Shown here piece by piece: positions 26,036 through 40,382 of a stretch of 64,000 bases of DNA; the first letter of the stretch is position 1, and each line of letters starts with the position of its first letter. Source of the stretch: the human T2T-CHM13v2.0 reference genome, Homo sapiens. The translations under genes and the position numbers were made by a program. The notes under the pieces are model-generated. The model ran no database searches and was not told where the DNA came from. It saw only the letters and a list, made by a program, of their open reading frames with translations. The stretch lies in assembly GCF_009914755.1 (NCBI RefSeq), contig NC_060942.1; one strand, written 5' to 3'.

Positions 26036-27177
26036 GTAATCCACCATACTAACAAGGTACAGAAGAAAGATCACATGTTTATATCAACTGATGCAAAAAA
26101 ATTTGACAAAATTGGACAACCATTTATTAAAAAAGCCTCTCATAAAACCAGGAATAAAGAGGGTCTTCCTCAGCTTCATAAAGAACATCTACCAAAAAAA
26201 ATGCAATTAACATTGTACGTCATTTTGAAATACTGAATGCTTTCCCTGCTAAAATTGAGGGCAAGGCAAGGATATCTGCTTTCACCACTGCTATTCAACA
26301 ATGTGCCAGAAGTTCTAACCAGCACAGTAAAGCAACAAAAGGAAATAATAAGCATGCAGACAGAAAAAAAAAAAAGAAATAAAACTGCCCATATTTGCAG
26401 ACTTTCTGTGTAGAAATCCCAGGATATTGACCAAAAAAAAAAAACCCTTTAAAGCTAATATGTGAGTTCAGCAATCTCACAGGATACAAGAACAGCATAC
26501 AAAACCATTTGTGCTACTATACAGTAGCAATAAACATGTGGAAACAAACTAAAATTACACTACCATTTGTAATCGTTCAAAAAAGAATGATTTTTTGAAA
26601 TCATTGGTAATGAATAATAATGAAATACTAACTGTAAATCTATCAAAACATACACAGAACTTATATGTTAAAAACTAGGAAATACTGATGAAAACATTTA
26701 ATCAATGTCTAAGTAAAGGAGAGACATACCATATTCATGGATTGCAAGACTTAACATAAATATACCAACTCTTCCCTAATTGATATTCACATTTAATGCA
26801 ATTCCTATCAAAATCTCAGCAGGATTTTTTACAAATACATAAAAGATTATTCTAAAATTTATAGGAAGGCCACAAGCCCTAGACTAGTGATAACAATCAT
26901 GAAAAATAAACTGGATGGAAACACAAAATGCTATCAAGACTTATTTTACAGCTACGATAATCAAGACTGTGGTATTGACAGAGAAACTGACACATAGATC
27001 AATAAAACAAAATAGAGAATGCAGAATTACTCCCAGGAGCATGGCCAACTGGTGTTTTACAAAGGTGCAAAAGCAATTCAGTGGATAAAGAATAATTTTC
27101 TCAACAAAAGGTGCTGGAGAAATTGGATATCCAGAGGTTAAAAAAAAAAGACCTCAAGCTAAATCTCACTTCTTATA

Positions 27178-27260
27178 TTAGGTTGGTGCAAAAGTAATTG
27201 TGGTTTTGCCATTAAAAGTAATGTAATGGCAAAATCACAATTACTTTAGCACCAAACTAA
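27178..27260. mobile_element. MADE1 (Hsmar1-derived mariner MITE)
   Basis: ttaggttggtgcaaaagtaattg...caattactttagcaccaaactaa inverted repeats with TA TSDs on both sides. Confidence 0.93.
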
Positions 27261-28612
27261 TACAAAAAATAATTCAAATGTATCATAGATACATAGATGT
27301 AAATGTAAATATAAAACTATAAAACTTTTAGAAGAAAACAGGAGAAAATCTTTGAGATCTAAGGTTTCTCAAAGAGTTCTTAGACATAACACCCACACTT
27401 ATAAAATAAAAATTTCAATAAATTGGACTTGCATAAAATTAAAAACTCTTTATCGGCAAAAGACTCTTTTAAGAGGATGAAAATACAAGCTATAGACTGG
27501 GAGAATATGTTTGCAAATACATTGAACTACGGGGTCATACCTAGAATACATAAAGAATTCTCAAACTCACCACTAGACAAAAAAATTGAAGTAGAAAATA
27601 GGCAAAAGACATTAAGAGACATGTCACCAAATAGGATACATGGGTAGCAACTTAAGCGCATGAAAAGTTATTCAACATCACTAGCCAATAAAAAATGGAA
27701 AACAAGACCATGATGATATATGACTATATTCCTATTACAATAACTAAAATAAAAATTAGTGACAACACCAAATTCTGGTGAAGATGCAGAAAAACTGAAT
27801 TCCTCATACATTGTGAAAGAGTATAGTTACTCTGGAAAATAGTTTGGCAGTTTCTTTAAAAACTGTATATATACTTACCTTATGCTCCAGCAATTGCACT
27901 TTTTGCATTTATCCCAGAGAAATATTTATGTTTCTACAAAAACATATACAGAATTATTCATAGCAACTTTATTTTCACTAACCAAGAACTGGAAACAACC
28001 AAAATGTTCCTTTAATAGGTGAACAAACTGGGTACAGCTATACCATGGAAAAGTACTCTGCTATGAAAAAGCACAAACTATGGATACATATAACTTGAAT
28101 GATTTCAAGAGCATTAGAGTATTATGCAGAGTGAGAAATAAAAAGCCAATTTCAAAAAGCTGCATGCTATATGATACCACTTATGTAACATACTCAAAAT
28201 GGCAAAATCATAGAGACAGAAAATAGACTAGTGGTTGTCAAGGTTAGGGATTGGAAAGGGAGGGGTAGAAATGATTATAAAGAGGTGGTATTAGGAAGTC
28301 TTCATGGTGATAGAATAATCCTGTATCTTGATGGTGGCAGTTGCATAAATCTATATAAAATGATAAAGTGACAAAGTGAAATGGAACCATACACACACAT
28401 TGTGCCAATACAGGTTTCTTGTTTTGATGTGATGGGATGTTACCACTGGGGAAAGCTTGGTGACAGGTACATAGGACTCTTTGTACTGTCTTTGCAACCT
28501 CCTGTGAATCGTTCTTATTTCAAAACAAGAGTTTTTAAAATTATTCTAGCTTTTACTTACAAAAGTAGTGCATCCATATGGTCAAAAAGTCAAACAGTAT
28601 GTGAAAACATAA

Positions 28613-28978
<366 letters not shown>

Positions 28979-29039
28979 AAGTTTTACTTTTTTAACACAA
29001 ATGAGATCATATGATACATGTTGTTTTACACCTTGCTTT

Positions 29040-29254
29040 TGTTTTTTTGGTTTTTTTGTTTTCTTTATTATTATTATTATACTTTAAGTTCTAGGGTACA
29101 TGTGCACAATGTGCAGGTTTGTTACATATGTATACATGTGCCATGTTGGTGTGCTGCACCCATTAACTCGTCATTTACATTAGGTATATCTCCTAATGCT
29201 ATCCCTCCCCCTTTCCCCCACCCCACAACAGGCCCCCATGTGTGATATTCCCCT
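29040..29254 (-). mobile_element. L1PA (PA4/5-like) 3' end, ~200 bp
   Basis: 'tatactttaagttctagggtacatgtgcacaatgtgcaggtttgttacatatg...catttacattaggtatatctcctaatgct'. Confidence 0.92.
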
Positions 29255-30326
29255 AAAATCTTTCTTGGAGATTTTTCTTCCAATCAGCTTAGTCTTTTCT
29301 TTAAAGGCCACACGTCATCAGTTGTGTGTGCGTCTCATCACCTATTTCACCATTCTCCTCCCCACAGATGTTAGGGTTGCTCCTAGACTCCTTATGCATT
29401 TTGCTTTGCTCTGTGTTGCTATTGCAAACAATGCTACAATAAACAAATGAGCATCACCTACATACACCTTTGCGTCTAGCAGTGGTATGAGAAAGCTATT
29501 TCATGAGAGTCTAACCAACACTGGGTTTTATCAAACTTTTGAAATGTTTGACATGATGCTGTTTAAAATGCTACCTTTGTACTTTTGGACACAGCCTTTC
29601 TTTGACTTCAGCAACACCGTGCCACCTGTTCCTGGTTCTCCTGCCTGGCAGGCCCCTCCTGATCTCTTCTCCTCCCCTGAAGGCCCCTCCTGATCTCTGT
29701 CCTCTGGTGGTTCCTTCTCTTTGGCTCAAACTTTAACCGTTTTCATCCGGAGGGCTCAGTGCTGGGTCCTCTTTCCTCTCTACATGGGCTCCTTGGGAAT
29801 ATGGTACCAATTCCCTAGAATTTAAATACCACTGTAATGCAGGCAAGTCCCAAATTTGATGTTAAGCTCAGAGCTTTCATCCAAGTCCCAGATTTGTATC
29901 TATAACTGCTTACTTGACATATCTAATTAGACACCTCAAAGATCTCTCAAATTTCTTAAGTCTAAAGCAAACAGAAGTCTTGGTTTTCCCCCTTTAAACT
30001 TCCTGGTATCACTTGAAGTCAATTCCTTTTCACTAAAATGCCTCGAACCAATCACTCAAGGAGAACAGAGCTGCAGCCCCACAGTAGCCCTCACATACGC
30101 CTTCTCCTGTCCATCTCCAATGCCCCACCTAAACAAAACCCCCAAACATGTTTAATTGTAATAAACCTTGCTGCCTGCTTCCTTCCATTCTCTCCTCAGC
30201 TGTAAAAGTTACCTTTTTACAACACAAACCTGTAAACTAGATCAAATTATTTATTTGCTCAAAATCCTTCTACGGTTCTTCACCAGGCTTCATTCCTCAA
30301 ATTCCCACATGCTTTCTCCTACCCAC

Positions 30327-30778
30327 TGTGTTAGAAACCTGTGGCTGCCATAACAAAACACCACAAACTGGGAGGCTTAAAACCACAGAAATCCACTCTC
30401 TCTTACCGTTTTGGAAGCTAGAAGTTCAAAATCAAGGCATCAGCAGGGCCTCACTTCCTCTGGAGGTTTTAGGAAGAATCTGGCTCTCCCAGCCACTGGT
30501 GTTGCTGGCAGACTCAGCATTTAAATTTAGCAGCTGCATCATGCCAGTCTCTGCTCATCATTCTGTGGCGCTCATCCATGAATCTTCTGTGTCTGTGTCC
30601 AAATTCCCCTCTTACGAGTGCACTACCCACTGGACTCGATCCCACCCTCATCCAGCATGACCTCATCTTCACTTGATCGCACCTGTAGAGACCCTATTTC
30701 TGAGTAAGGTCACATTCTGTGTGGGTTGCTGGGGGTCAGGACCGGAACATATCTTTCTGTGGGACAGAGCCCACTACA
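30327..30778 (-). mobile_element. MLT1C-like MaLR LTR
   Basis: 'tgtgttag...ggctgccataacaaaacaccacaaactgggaggcttaaaa...gacctcatctt...gtaaggtcacattct...actaca'. Confidence 0.85.
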
Positions 30779-31030
30779 CCAGTATCCCAACTTCTCTTTA
30801 TACATCTCTCCTCATCACTCGTTGGCTTCATGTAGGGGCACCCTCCCTTCCTTAAAAGCACCCAGCAGCTCTGTCCTATTATAAGGCCTTTGGACATCCT
30901 ATATCCTTCCTCTGGAAGGTTTTCTCTCCACCTCCCATTCTCCATGTGGCTTTTTCTTTGGGTCTCCATTTAAATACCATCTCCTTGCCCACCCTAAGTC
31001 AGTAGGCCTCCTTTGCTGCTTTCCACCTCA

Positions 31031-31343
<313 letters not shown>

Positions 31344-31469
31344 AGTGCTTGTCATGGAATTTATGATTGCATCTTAAAATTATTTACTTTTCTTTGCTCC
31401 TTCCTTGAGTTGCTCTCTGCTGGATAAGTGGTGGCCAAGAGAACCACGTGTGCTGGTGGAAAAGCGCTG

Positions 31470-31636
31470 GACCTGCTGCCCAGCACCACAGCCGACAGCA
31501 GCAAATGGCCATTGAACACTTCAAAATGCGGTTGGTGCAACTGGGAAACTACATTTTTAATTTTAGTTCCTTTACATTATTTTAAATTTAAATAGTTACA
31601 TGTGGCTAATGGCGCTTGAGTACTGGACACAGGCAA
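31470..31636. mobile_element. MER3 DNA transposon relic
   Basis: 'ggccattgaacacttcaaaatgcgg...ctgggaaact...aaatttaaatagttacatgtggctaatggc'. Confidence 0.7.
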
Positions 31637-31749
31637 TCTAGAATCTCAACTTTGGACCAGCAAATTCAGTGTCAGTCTTGTTGACATCTGTGTACATAGC
31701 AACTAGCTCAGGACAAGACATGTTTCTGTTCAATGTGTATTTTAAATGA

Positions 31750-32060
31750 ATGGTAATAGAGTTTCATTTTTATTCGCATTTATTTAATTATAATGAGGTT
31801 GGGTATCTTTTCATGCACTTGTTCACCATCATTTTTAATTCTTTTATCCATGGGCTGCCCACTTTTCTGTATAGCTCTTTATTATCTTAAGCATTTTTGC
31901 ATCTTAGGAAATTCACCCTATGACTATCATATGTGTGGCAAATTTTTTTGCAGATTGTGTTTGTCTTCTTACTGAGGCCTCTGCCATGTGAAAGCTGTAC
32001 ATTTACATGTAATCAGTTTTATCAACCTATTATTTTATGGTTTCTGAGTATAAACTCTTA
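31750..32060 (-). mobile_element. Old antisense L1 fragment (continuation of 28560-29550)
   Basis: 'attcgcatttatttaattataatgaggttgggtatcttttcatg...tgtggcaaatttttt'. Confidence 0.6.
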
Positions 32061-32389
32061 GTAAATTGTTTTTATAGTACATGTAAGTGAATTTAACAAT
32101 AACTGGATAGCTTTATATTCCTTTTTATCTCAGCATTTTTCAGAAGAAAAGACAACCCCAGCCATAGGTTAGTATTACAGTTGCATCATGTTATTTTTTA
32201 TCAGAAGATTCATAAATTTCCATGAACCAAATGGCCAATAACAACTACTAGAAGAAGTAACAGAAAATGAATGTCCACTGAGACTTTTAAAAAAGAAACA
32301 TTTCTAATTCACTGAATTAAAATTTTATTTCAGAGTTGTTCGGCTTGATGTATAATTAGAAAGGAAAGTATCTCTTAAGAAACCCCATA

Positions 32390-33166
32390 AACTACACACT
32401 AAGGCATAATCTCACGCCAGTCAGAATGGCAATTATTAAAAAGTCAGGAAACAATAGATGTTGGCGGGGCTGTGGAGAAATAGGAGTGCTTTTACACTGT
32501 TGGTGGGAGAATAAATTAGTTCGACCATTGTGGAAAAGTGTGGCGATTCCTCAAGGATATAGAACCAGAAATACCATTTGACCCAGCAATCCCATTACTG
32601 GGTATATACCCAAAGGATTATAAATCATTGTACTATAAAGACACATGCACACATATGTTTATTGCAGCACTGTTCACAATAGCAAAGACTTGGAACCAAC
32701 CCAAATGCCCATCAATGATAGACTGGATAAAGAAAATGTGGCAAATATACACCATGTAATGCTATGCAGCCATAAAAAAGGATGAGTTCATGTCCTTTGC
32801 AGGGATATGGATGAAGTTGGAAACCATCAACCTCAGCAAACTAACACAGGAAGAGCAAACCAAATACTGCATGTTCTCACTCACAAGTGGGAGTTGAACA
32901 ATGAGAACACATGGACACAGGGAGGGGAACATCACACACTGGGGCCTGCTGGGGGGTGGGACAAAGGGAGGGAGGACATTAGGACAAATACTTAATGCAT
33001 GCAGGGCTTAAATCCTAGATGACGGGTTGATAGGTGCAGCAAACCCCCATGGCACAGGTACACCTAGGTAACAAACCTGCACATTCTGCACATGTATCTG
33101 GGAACTTAAAGTAAAATTTTAAAATAAAATAAAATAAAATGAAAATGAAAAAAGATGGAAAATAAA
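32390..33166 (+). mobile_element. 5'-truncated L1PA (PA7-like), ORF2 C-terminus plus 3' UTR
   Basis: ORF 32538-32759 reads as the L1 ORF2p C-terminus (WRFLKD..EIPFDPAIPLLGIYPK); TSD aagaaaccccata (32377-32389 / 33167-33179). Confidence 0.95.
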
Positions 33167-34869
33167 AAGAAACCCCATATACCAATACAGTTGCTCACAG
33201 GTATAACCAAAAGTAGGGTGCCAAGGGACAGGATACTCACGTTGGGCACTCCCATGCACCTAAAGAACCGAAATGAAAACTTCACATCAACACTGCCTCA
33301 TGGGAAGTGACTCACTGACCTTATATTCCTCTGTTTCTTTCCTAATGCAAGGGGACTCTCGCCCATTTCCCACAGACCTATATACCCCGCCTGCAAACCT
33401 GACGGAAAGGCCCACACACCACACCAGAGAGATGTGGAGGGACGGAGCATTCATCATAGACAGCATTGGAGCCCCCGTCCCGGAACCCTGAGCATGCCTG
33501 CAGGTAGTGGAGGGTTTGCCTTCATCAGCAAACACCAGATGCCTTTCACATCTTACCCACAGGGCTCCAAATTATTGTATTTTTCATCGTCGTTTAATCA
33601 GTGTTCCTTCTGTTGTGACACCTGACAGACACTGCCAATGATGGTGGGTGATCCCAAATTTGAACAATTCATTGTTGACTGTAACAAATACCTGTCAATT
33701 TTAAACTGACAATTTCTACTTATGTTAAATTGCAGAAAAAAAGATAAAACACCCTCTCTTATGGTATTATGAAAAGAAATAAGAAAATATTTGATATGTG
33801 CTTTTACAGGTTTGAACAAAACCTAAAAGCTTTAGCTTTCATATTTTCCAAAAAAAGACAAAGAAAAAGAAGAATGAATAGAACAAAGCTGGCATCATAT
33901 TGTATCTGATTGATGGTTCCATCACAAAGTTTTCTCTTTGTACAAATGCACATATGTCTACATATACCCTTACATCTGAATATTTGAATTTAGATTTCAT
34001 CGCATCAAAATTTTAAAAGTAAAACTCATTACCAATGAAGTGAATTAGGAAAATGTTTCTGGCTCCAAAAGTCTCTACTTCTTAAAAGGAACATAATTAT
34101 AAGGGCTATAAACATTTGAATCATTTCCTCGAACATGTACAAGTATGTGCCTGGTGAACCTCTTCCATAGGAAACTCTAGCCCTTTCCCTAATGGCACAT
34201 TTTCTTAATGGCTTTGCTGTTCCTGAGTTCATTTCATTGCACGGTTACTTGTTATATCCGACATGAGTTAATATTGCAGTAAAAAATATTGAAAGGCATT
34301 TCTCCACCACATCAACTCCCTCCACCTGCAGAGGAAGGGATGGAGAATGAGACTGAGAAGAAGGAAATTCACTGGTCCCAAAACTCCTGGGATCACATTT
34401 AAAACTCAAATTGGAGGAAGAAGATGAGAGATGAAGGGAAGCTAGAATAAATACCTCTCAAAACAAAGAAGAGAAATGCCCCTCTAAAAACTACACCCTA
34501 AAAGTAAACAGAGGAATTCGACATCCACGGTCTGGACTAAAAGATACATGCGATGGGCCCCTACATGGACGCACCAAGCCAGCCCTTCCAAGAGTGCAGC
34601 CTGTGAGCTGACTCAGGAACCATATCTCCCATGATGGATGCTCAAAATTGAGAAGCACGTTTGCAAACATGATGACAATAGAAAGCAGGCTCCAAAACCA
34701 GAAACGGGCAATCTCCAAAAATATGCACTTTTATTTATGCATTAATAGTCTAGACTGCGTTGCCTATAACAAACTCACTAATTACACTTTCATTCATTTA
34801 CAGGTTATCAGTGGATGCCTCACCTTAGAAAAGTCCCGTAAAACTGAGGAAGATTGTGGGAGGTATCCT

Positions 34870-35015
34870 TGGGGGTCATCTAGACCAGCACTCCAGCCTG
34901 CCCCAAATCTACAGATCAAAAAAGCAAAGTCCAGAGAAGTAACGTCTCAAGGTCACATAAGTCAGTCCCTATCAACAACAGCACTAAAATCAAGGCTTCC
35001 TAAAACCAGTCGGAT
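34870..35015 (-). mobile_element. MIR fragment
   Basis: 'ggtcatctagacca...tacagat...gtccagagaagt...caaggtcaca'. Confidence 0.6.
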
Positions 35016-36379
35016 CATTGTTCCATTATAGCATATGGTAATTCTTGTTAGATGGAAAACAGAAATATTTAGAAAGTCCTAGGAGGGTCTTATTTCTTGA
35101 ATGGAAAGTGAAGATTTGACATTCTTTAAGACTGCTGGTCAACTCCAGACAAGCTGTATTAAATAATGAAGTGGGAACAGAGACTGTGAAAAATCTAAGG
35201 GGAGGAAAAAAAAAGAATCTTTAAAAAAATGCTATATAGATTTCAAAGCACTTAGAATTACTATTTTCCTTCCATATCTTTGGCTCCTTCTTCTATTCTG
35301 GGTCCTAGTCAAATGTTAGTTTTACTGGAGTGTTCTATCGAGGCCAAATTAACACCCAAACTGGAATTAATACTCACCTTTGTTCAGCAAATTCAGACTC
35401 CCAGACGTCACAGAGGTGCTGAACACATTTTAACACTCAGGGACATTTACACCAGAGAAATGCATCAATTTACAAAAAAGTATGAGCCTCAAACGTGTAC
35501 ACCCAATCCATATTGGCGGCCAGAAAGCAGTTTCTCTCCACCCGCCTCCTCTTCCTCCACTCCCTCCATCCTGCTGGACCTCCCATGCACTGGATTACCC
35601 GGCCCACTCTGGGACTGTTGCAGCACGAGCAACTTTGGTGCCATGCTCTTAATTCCTCAAACGCCGTTACCTCTCTTTATGCTTAGCCCCAAGGTGGGAA
35701 GAAGGAAATAAATCTTGTTCCTTGTGGGATGTCACATCCTCTGGCGTTCTGGGACCTTCCATGCCAGGCCTCCAAGCCCTGGTGCGCCAAGGCTCAACAT
35801 GGCTGAATACAGGGTTCTAGTTCATCTTGGCAGAGACACGGACTTTCCACACACAAATTAACATTGTTTCATCTCATTTTGACACCATAATGTCTTTTCC
35901 ATACACCTGCTCTGACATTTTCATGAAATCATTGCATCCCAATCAACTGAGTAGGGAATTAGCATTGTTACACCAAACATTCTGAAAAGTGTGGGTTATT
36001 TTTCATATCTAAATATCTCATCCCCATATGCTGCTTTGGAAAGATAAACTCAAGATCTAACATACTGCAAATTTAAAATTCTAAAATATGCATATTTGAT
36101 TTTACAATCCCCTTATTGGCAACACGTGCCATGCAAAGCTGTATTCATGCTTGGGTAAATGGGTAACTTTTAAAGTAAATCAAATCTAGGATTTCATAGG
36201 AAATGAACCCCCTTTTAATGTTTCAGCATTTTAAAATTAAGAAATATTCCTGGATTGTCATTCCTGACATTACAAATAGTAATTATTCTTCTTGTGATTA
36301 ATAGCAATGATAGTATTTCTGGTTTCTAAGATGTTTCTGCATACCTCCTAGATGGAGGTATAATAAACTCAATACAATT

Positions 36380-36510
36380 CGTTTATTATGGATTTCATTT
36401 CCATACAGAAAACTGAGGCTCACAGATGCTGCATGTGGTATGTAAGGCACCAGCTCTAATGGGGAAAGGAGGGAATAGAACTTCAATCTTTTGATTTCCA
36501 AACTACCATA
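36380..36510 (-). mobile_element. MIR fragment
   Basis: 'catttccatacagaaaactgaggctcacaga'. Confidence 0.55.
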
Positions 36511-38699
36511 TCATAAAGCACATGAGACAATAACCCTCTCAGAAAGTGACTTTGCATACTACTATTCCTAATTGTTGCTTAAATGAATCTTAAATACTTT
36601 TTTTTAACTTTTTATCAGTGTCATTTTGTGATCCAAGAAATAGCTAACCAAAATCAGCTATGTGTGGGCTCTGGGCAGTTAACTGAATGCTTGGAAGGGC
36701 CCACGTTAAACAGATTTTTGTCAAATAATGTTGCCACCACATAAGGTGACATGAAAAAGGCTTTTATGTGAAGTCTCAAACTGTAGTGCCCCCTATGTGT
36801 GCTGTGTGGGAAATGCCTAGGATTTGCTGATAAACAGGAAAAGCAAACAGAAATTGTTCTCATCTGTGTAAAATGGCAAGAATACTTAGTTTGCCAGGGT
36901 AAAAACGTGCATTTAACAAATTTGAAACCAATGTTCCTCTATCTAAATGCCTAATTACTTACACGTTTTCCTCATTCCCCGCAAACGATCCTCACTCTAC
37001 AAGAACTTAGCTAAATGTTGTTTTTTTCCTATTAACTCTCCCAAATGAAATGATAAATAACCTTTATGAATTCATTTTAACCAAACACACTAAAGTATTA
37101 TAACACATGACAATTCATTTGATATCTGTGTTTATATTTCCACCTTCCCCACTCCCAAAATTTAGCCTATTAAATCCTTGAGGGCAGAGATAGTATGTTA
37201 TAATTTTCAAACCTCCAGAAATTAGCACTTGTTAAATAAACAAATTTAACAAAACATCTTCCTCACCTCCAAATATCTCCCTCAATTTATACTAGGCATG
37301 TAGAAAAACTATTAAATCAATATATATTCAAATCAATTCAACAAATACTGATTTGCACATCTAGTTTAGAGATGCAGTGTGACCTCCATACTTTTTCTCA
37401 TAATGCAATAGCTTTTCTGCATTTTACAAAATACTTTAAGATATTTACCTATTTTGAAAACAAGTTGATATGGATGCACCTGACACTTAGACATAAGACA
37501 TTCTGCAAAGAATACCAGAGCGAGAGATGGATTCATTCTTCAAAGATCATTCCAACCTTAGTTTCTCCTCCAAGCTCAATTAGTGGAATTTTATGGAGCT
37601 TAAGGTGTTGGCACTCAGGAGAACAAGCATGGGGAATTTTGTTTCATTTTGCATATAACCCCATTCAGGCCTATTTGCTCTGCTGAGCAGTTAACTCCTC
37701 ATGCCTCTGGTAATTCTAATGGATGTACACTTAATAGAATTAATATTTTTGTGACTGTAAATGGTTCCACCTTCTTAAAGTTTGCCATAAATAGCCAAGT
37801 ACTGAAGAAAGGAACATGTTTTTCTTTAGGTGCTAGACTTTTTAAAAAATTGTGGATATTAAAAATAGAACACTCACCACTGAGTATCATCAATCATTCT
37901 CCCAATTCCAATGAGATTATTTCCAGATTCTGGTGTGGACAACAGGTTTGGGGCTGAAGGAAGCACATAACCTACATTTTCACACACACCTGGTGGGAAG
38001 ATTGATCCTCAGCTGATCTATGCTTTTCCTAGTGACACCATGTGATGCATCATCAGTAACAGTCCCATTGCTGGCCAGGTCCACCCAAGGTCCTTAGGCT
38101 GTACAGATACCCACCACAATCTCATACATAAGGAGAGAAAATAGGATGTCCAAATGAGTCATGATGAGCCTACACTGAAAGCGTTTTGTGGCCCCAACCA
38201 TCAGTTTCTCCAGAAATAAGTCTGCTACAAAGTGGAAGGTCCTGCTTGCTTCATTTCCCAACTCCCTCGTCATGTGCTCTGAGGGCTGTGAATGCTTTAA
38301 CAACATCCCAGCCCCGAAATGCAGTGGAGCCAGTTTCCAAGGAAGAACAGCAGCAGTCGACCCCTAACAACAGGGCACAGGTAACGGATAAAAGCTCACC
38401 CCGATTTCCAAGTCGCCAAAAGAGTGATCACTGCTAGGCTTTTACCTCTGCTCAGGGTTCCATTTCCATGTGTTTAAGAGGTTATCGAGGTTTTTTTAAT
38501 TCCAATGGGTTGGCAGGGGAAGTTGTCGGGCTTTTCAGTGACGAAAACTCCTCTGCATGTGTGCCCATAAAACATTAAATGAGAAATACAGTTGCTAGAA
38601 TGCCCAAGTTAGAAACTGAGAGCTAAACATCACAATCCGGATGTTCCCCACGCATTGGGACGAAACCTCTTGGACAAGATGCTGCACTTAGGAGCCTCA

Positions 38700-39100
38700 G
38701 TTCTTCTCCTGCAGATACTCCACCTCAGCCACTTCCGACCCGCCCGACTATCAACATTACAGGGCTAGGTTCCGTTAGTCAATATTTAGTGAGAAAAACT
38801 CTAAAAAACGGCGATGAATTGGAGAAAATCTTCACAATCTATACCTCCAACAAAGGACTAATATCCAGAATCTACGAGGAACTCAAAGGAACGGTGAACA
38901 GTTTTAATCACCATTATTACGCCCGTACTTAGCCGGAAGTGTGTCTGTCCAATTCCCATCCGGCCGGACTTCAGACTGACTTCCTTTCAGGCGTTCTGGA
39001 GAGAATGCGCGTGCCCTTCTCTCCGGATTCTGTGTACCCGGAATCTCATTAGTCTACTGATTGGGAATCGCAAGCATCAGCCAGGCACAATGGCAGCTGA
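38700..39100. promoter_or_regulatory. CpG-enriched promoter/enhancer-like element
   Basis: Local CpG retention; ETS motifs cacttccg (38730) and ccggaagtg (38933); NRF1-like tgcgcgtgc (~39007); inverted CCAAT gattgg (~39059). Confidence 0.45.
38816..38887 (+). mobile_element. Isolated internal L1 ORF2 fragment (72 bp)
   Basis: Translates [24 protein letters not shown] versus L1 ORF2p [24 protein letters not shown]. Confidence 0.85.
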
Positions 39101-40265
39101 ACACTGATTTGGTATCAACGTGTTTGTGCTGAATCCCTCATAAACTGGGAAGATGTTTCTTTCTTAGGATCCCTCGCAGACCACAGCTTCCTCACAGGTA
39201 CCCGATGGAGAGTCAAGAAGTGTACACAGCTGACATCCAGCCTTCTCTCTGGCTGATTCAGGCGCTGAAAGCCACGTGGTCATCACGGTCTTCTGAAGAT
39301 TATTAATGAGAAAGCCACTTAGAACAAAGCCGTCCACAGTTATAGTTCTTTCATCTTGAAAACTAACAACACAAGGTCACTGCCCTGGAGGACTCCTTGA
39401 AAAACTGACACTTGTCCATTATGCAAATTCTTTGTTGATTGTTGTTGGGTCCAGAGTCTAGTTATGTAGGGAACTAGAGAGAAAAAGAGAGAGAGAGAGG
39501 AGAGAGAGGGAGATAGAAGAGAGAAGAGATTTGAAACCCATCTCACACCCTAAATGTGGGCAGGCTTGCAGACAGATATCTTGGAACTACGAGGTAAACA
39601 TGGTCTAAATCCCCTGTTTTGGGAAGATAAGTGCTCAGAGTTCTGTAAGCTAAATGCACACTGCTGAAATGTGATTGAAAACTTTGTGATGTGAAGACTA
39701 AAAATCACAAGTAGGAGGCAGGCAGTGTTTAATCTTCTGCTGGATGACAATTCAAGATAGACTGATAGAGATACCTGCTGCCTGATAAACCAGTCAATAC
39801 TGTAGATGGTAGATATTTGCAGTCAACAGGCCCTGGGAGCAGGGAGGGGGAGCTGGGGACCACAGCATTACTATACTGCAATTCTGCTCCCAGCTCCTTG
39901 CTAAGGAAGGCGAGACCTATAATTTGCTGCATTATGTTATCATACTATGGATCGAAAAGCATTCAAATCCTTCCAAGTAGACCATGTTAATCCTGTACAT
40001 AGGCGTTCTTCGGCCACGTCATTGTCCATTGCAGACGGCACATGTTAATCTATCCTAAAAGTGAAAGTGAAGGGTGGTCTTTGAAAGAACTCTCTCTCAT
40101 TCTAGAAAAGCCAGGTTTTCAGGCAGAAATTTTTCTGGTTTGTCTGTACTTTAAATTCTTAGCTTTTTTTTTTTTTTTTTTTTTTTTCAAATACACTGGC
40201 AGGAATATACACCAAACACTCACAAAAGAACCAGAGAAATCACTGGTTCTGGCCAAATGAGTAGA

Positions 40266-40297
<32 letters not shown>

Positions 40298-40382
40298 ACA
40301 TACACAGTGACTAAAGCGGGATAGTAATGTGTCTAGAGTAGTTTTCAGAGTATGTGTGTGTATGTGTGTGTGCGTGTGTGTA
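40266..40382. repeat. (CA)n and (TG)n tracts in inverted arrangement
   Basis: CA tract 40266-40306, TG tract 40350-40382. Confidence 0.9.

Noticed and set aside
32538-32995. ORFs with real protein similarity
   Set aside because: L1 ORF2p C-terminus and 3' UTR of a truncated L1PA, not a host gene.
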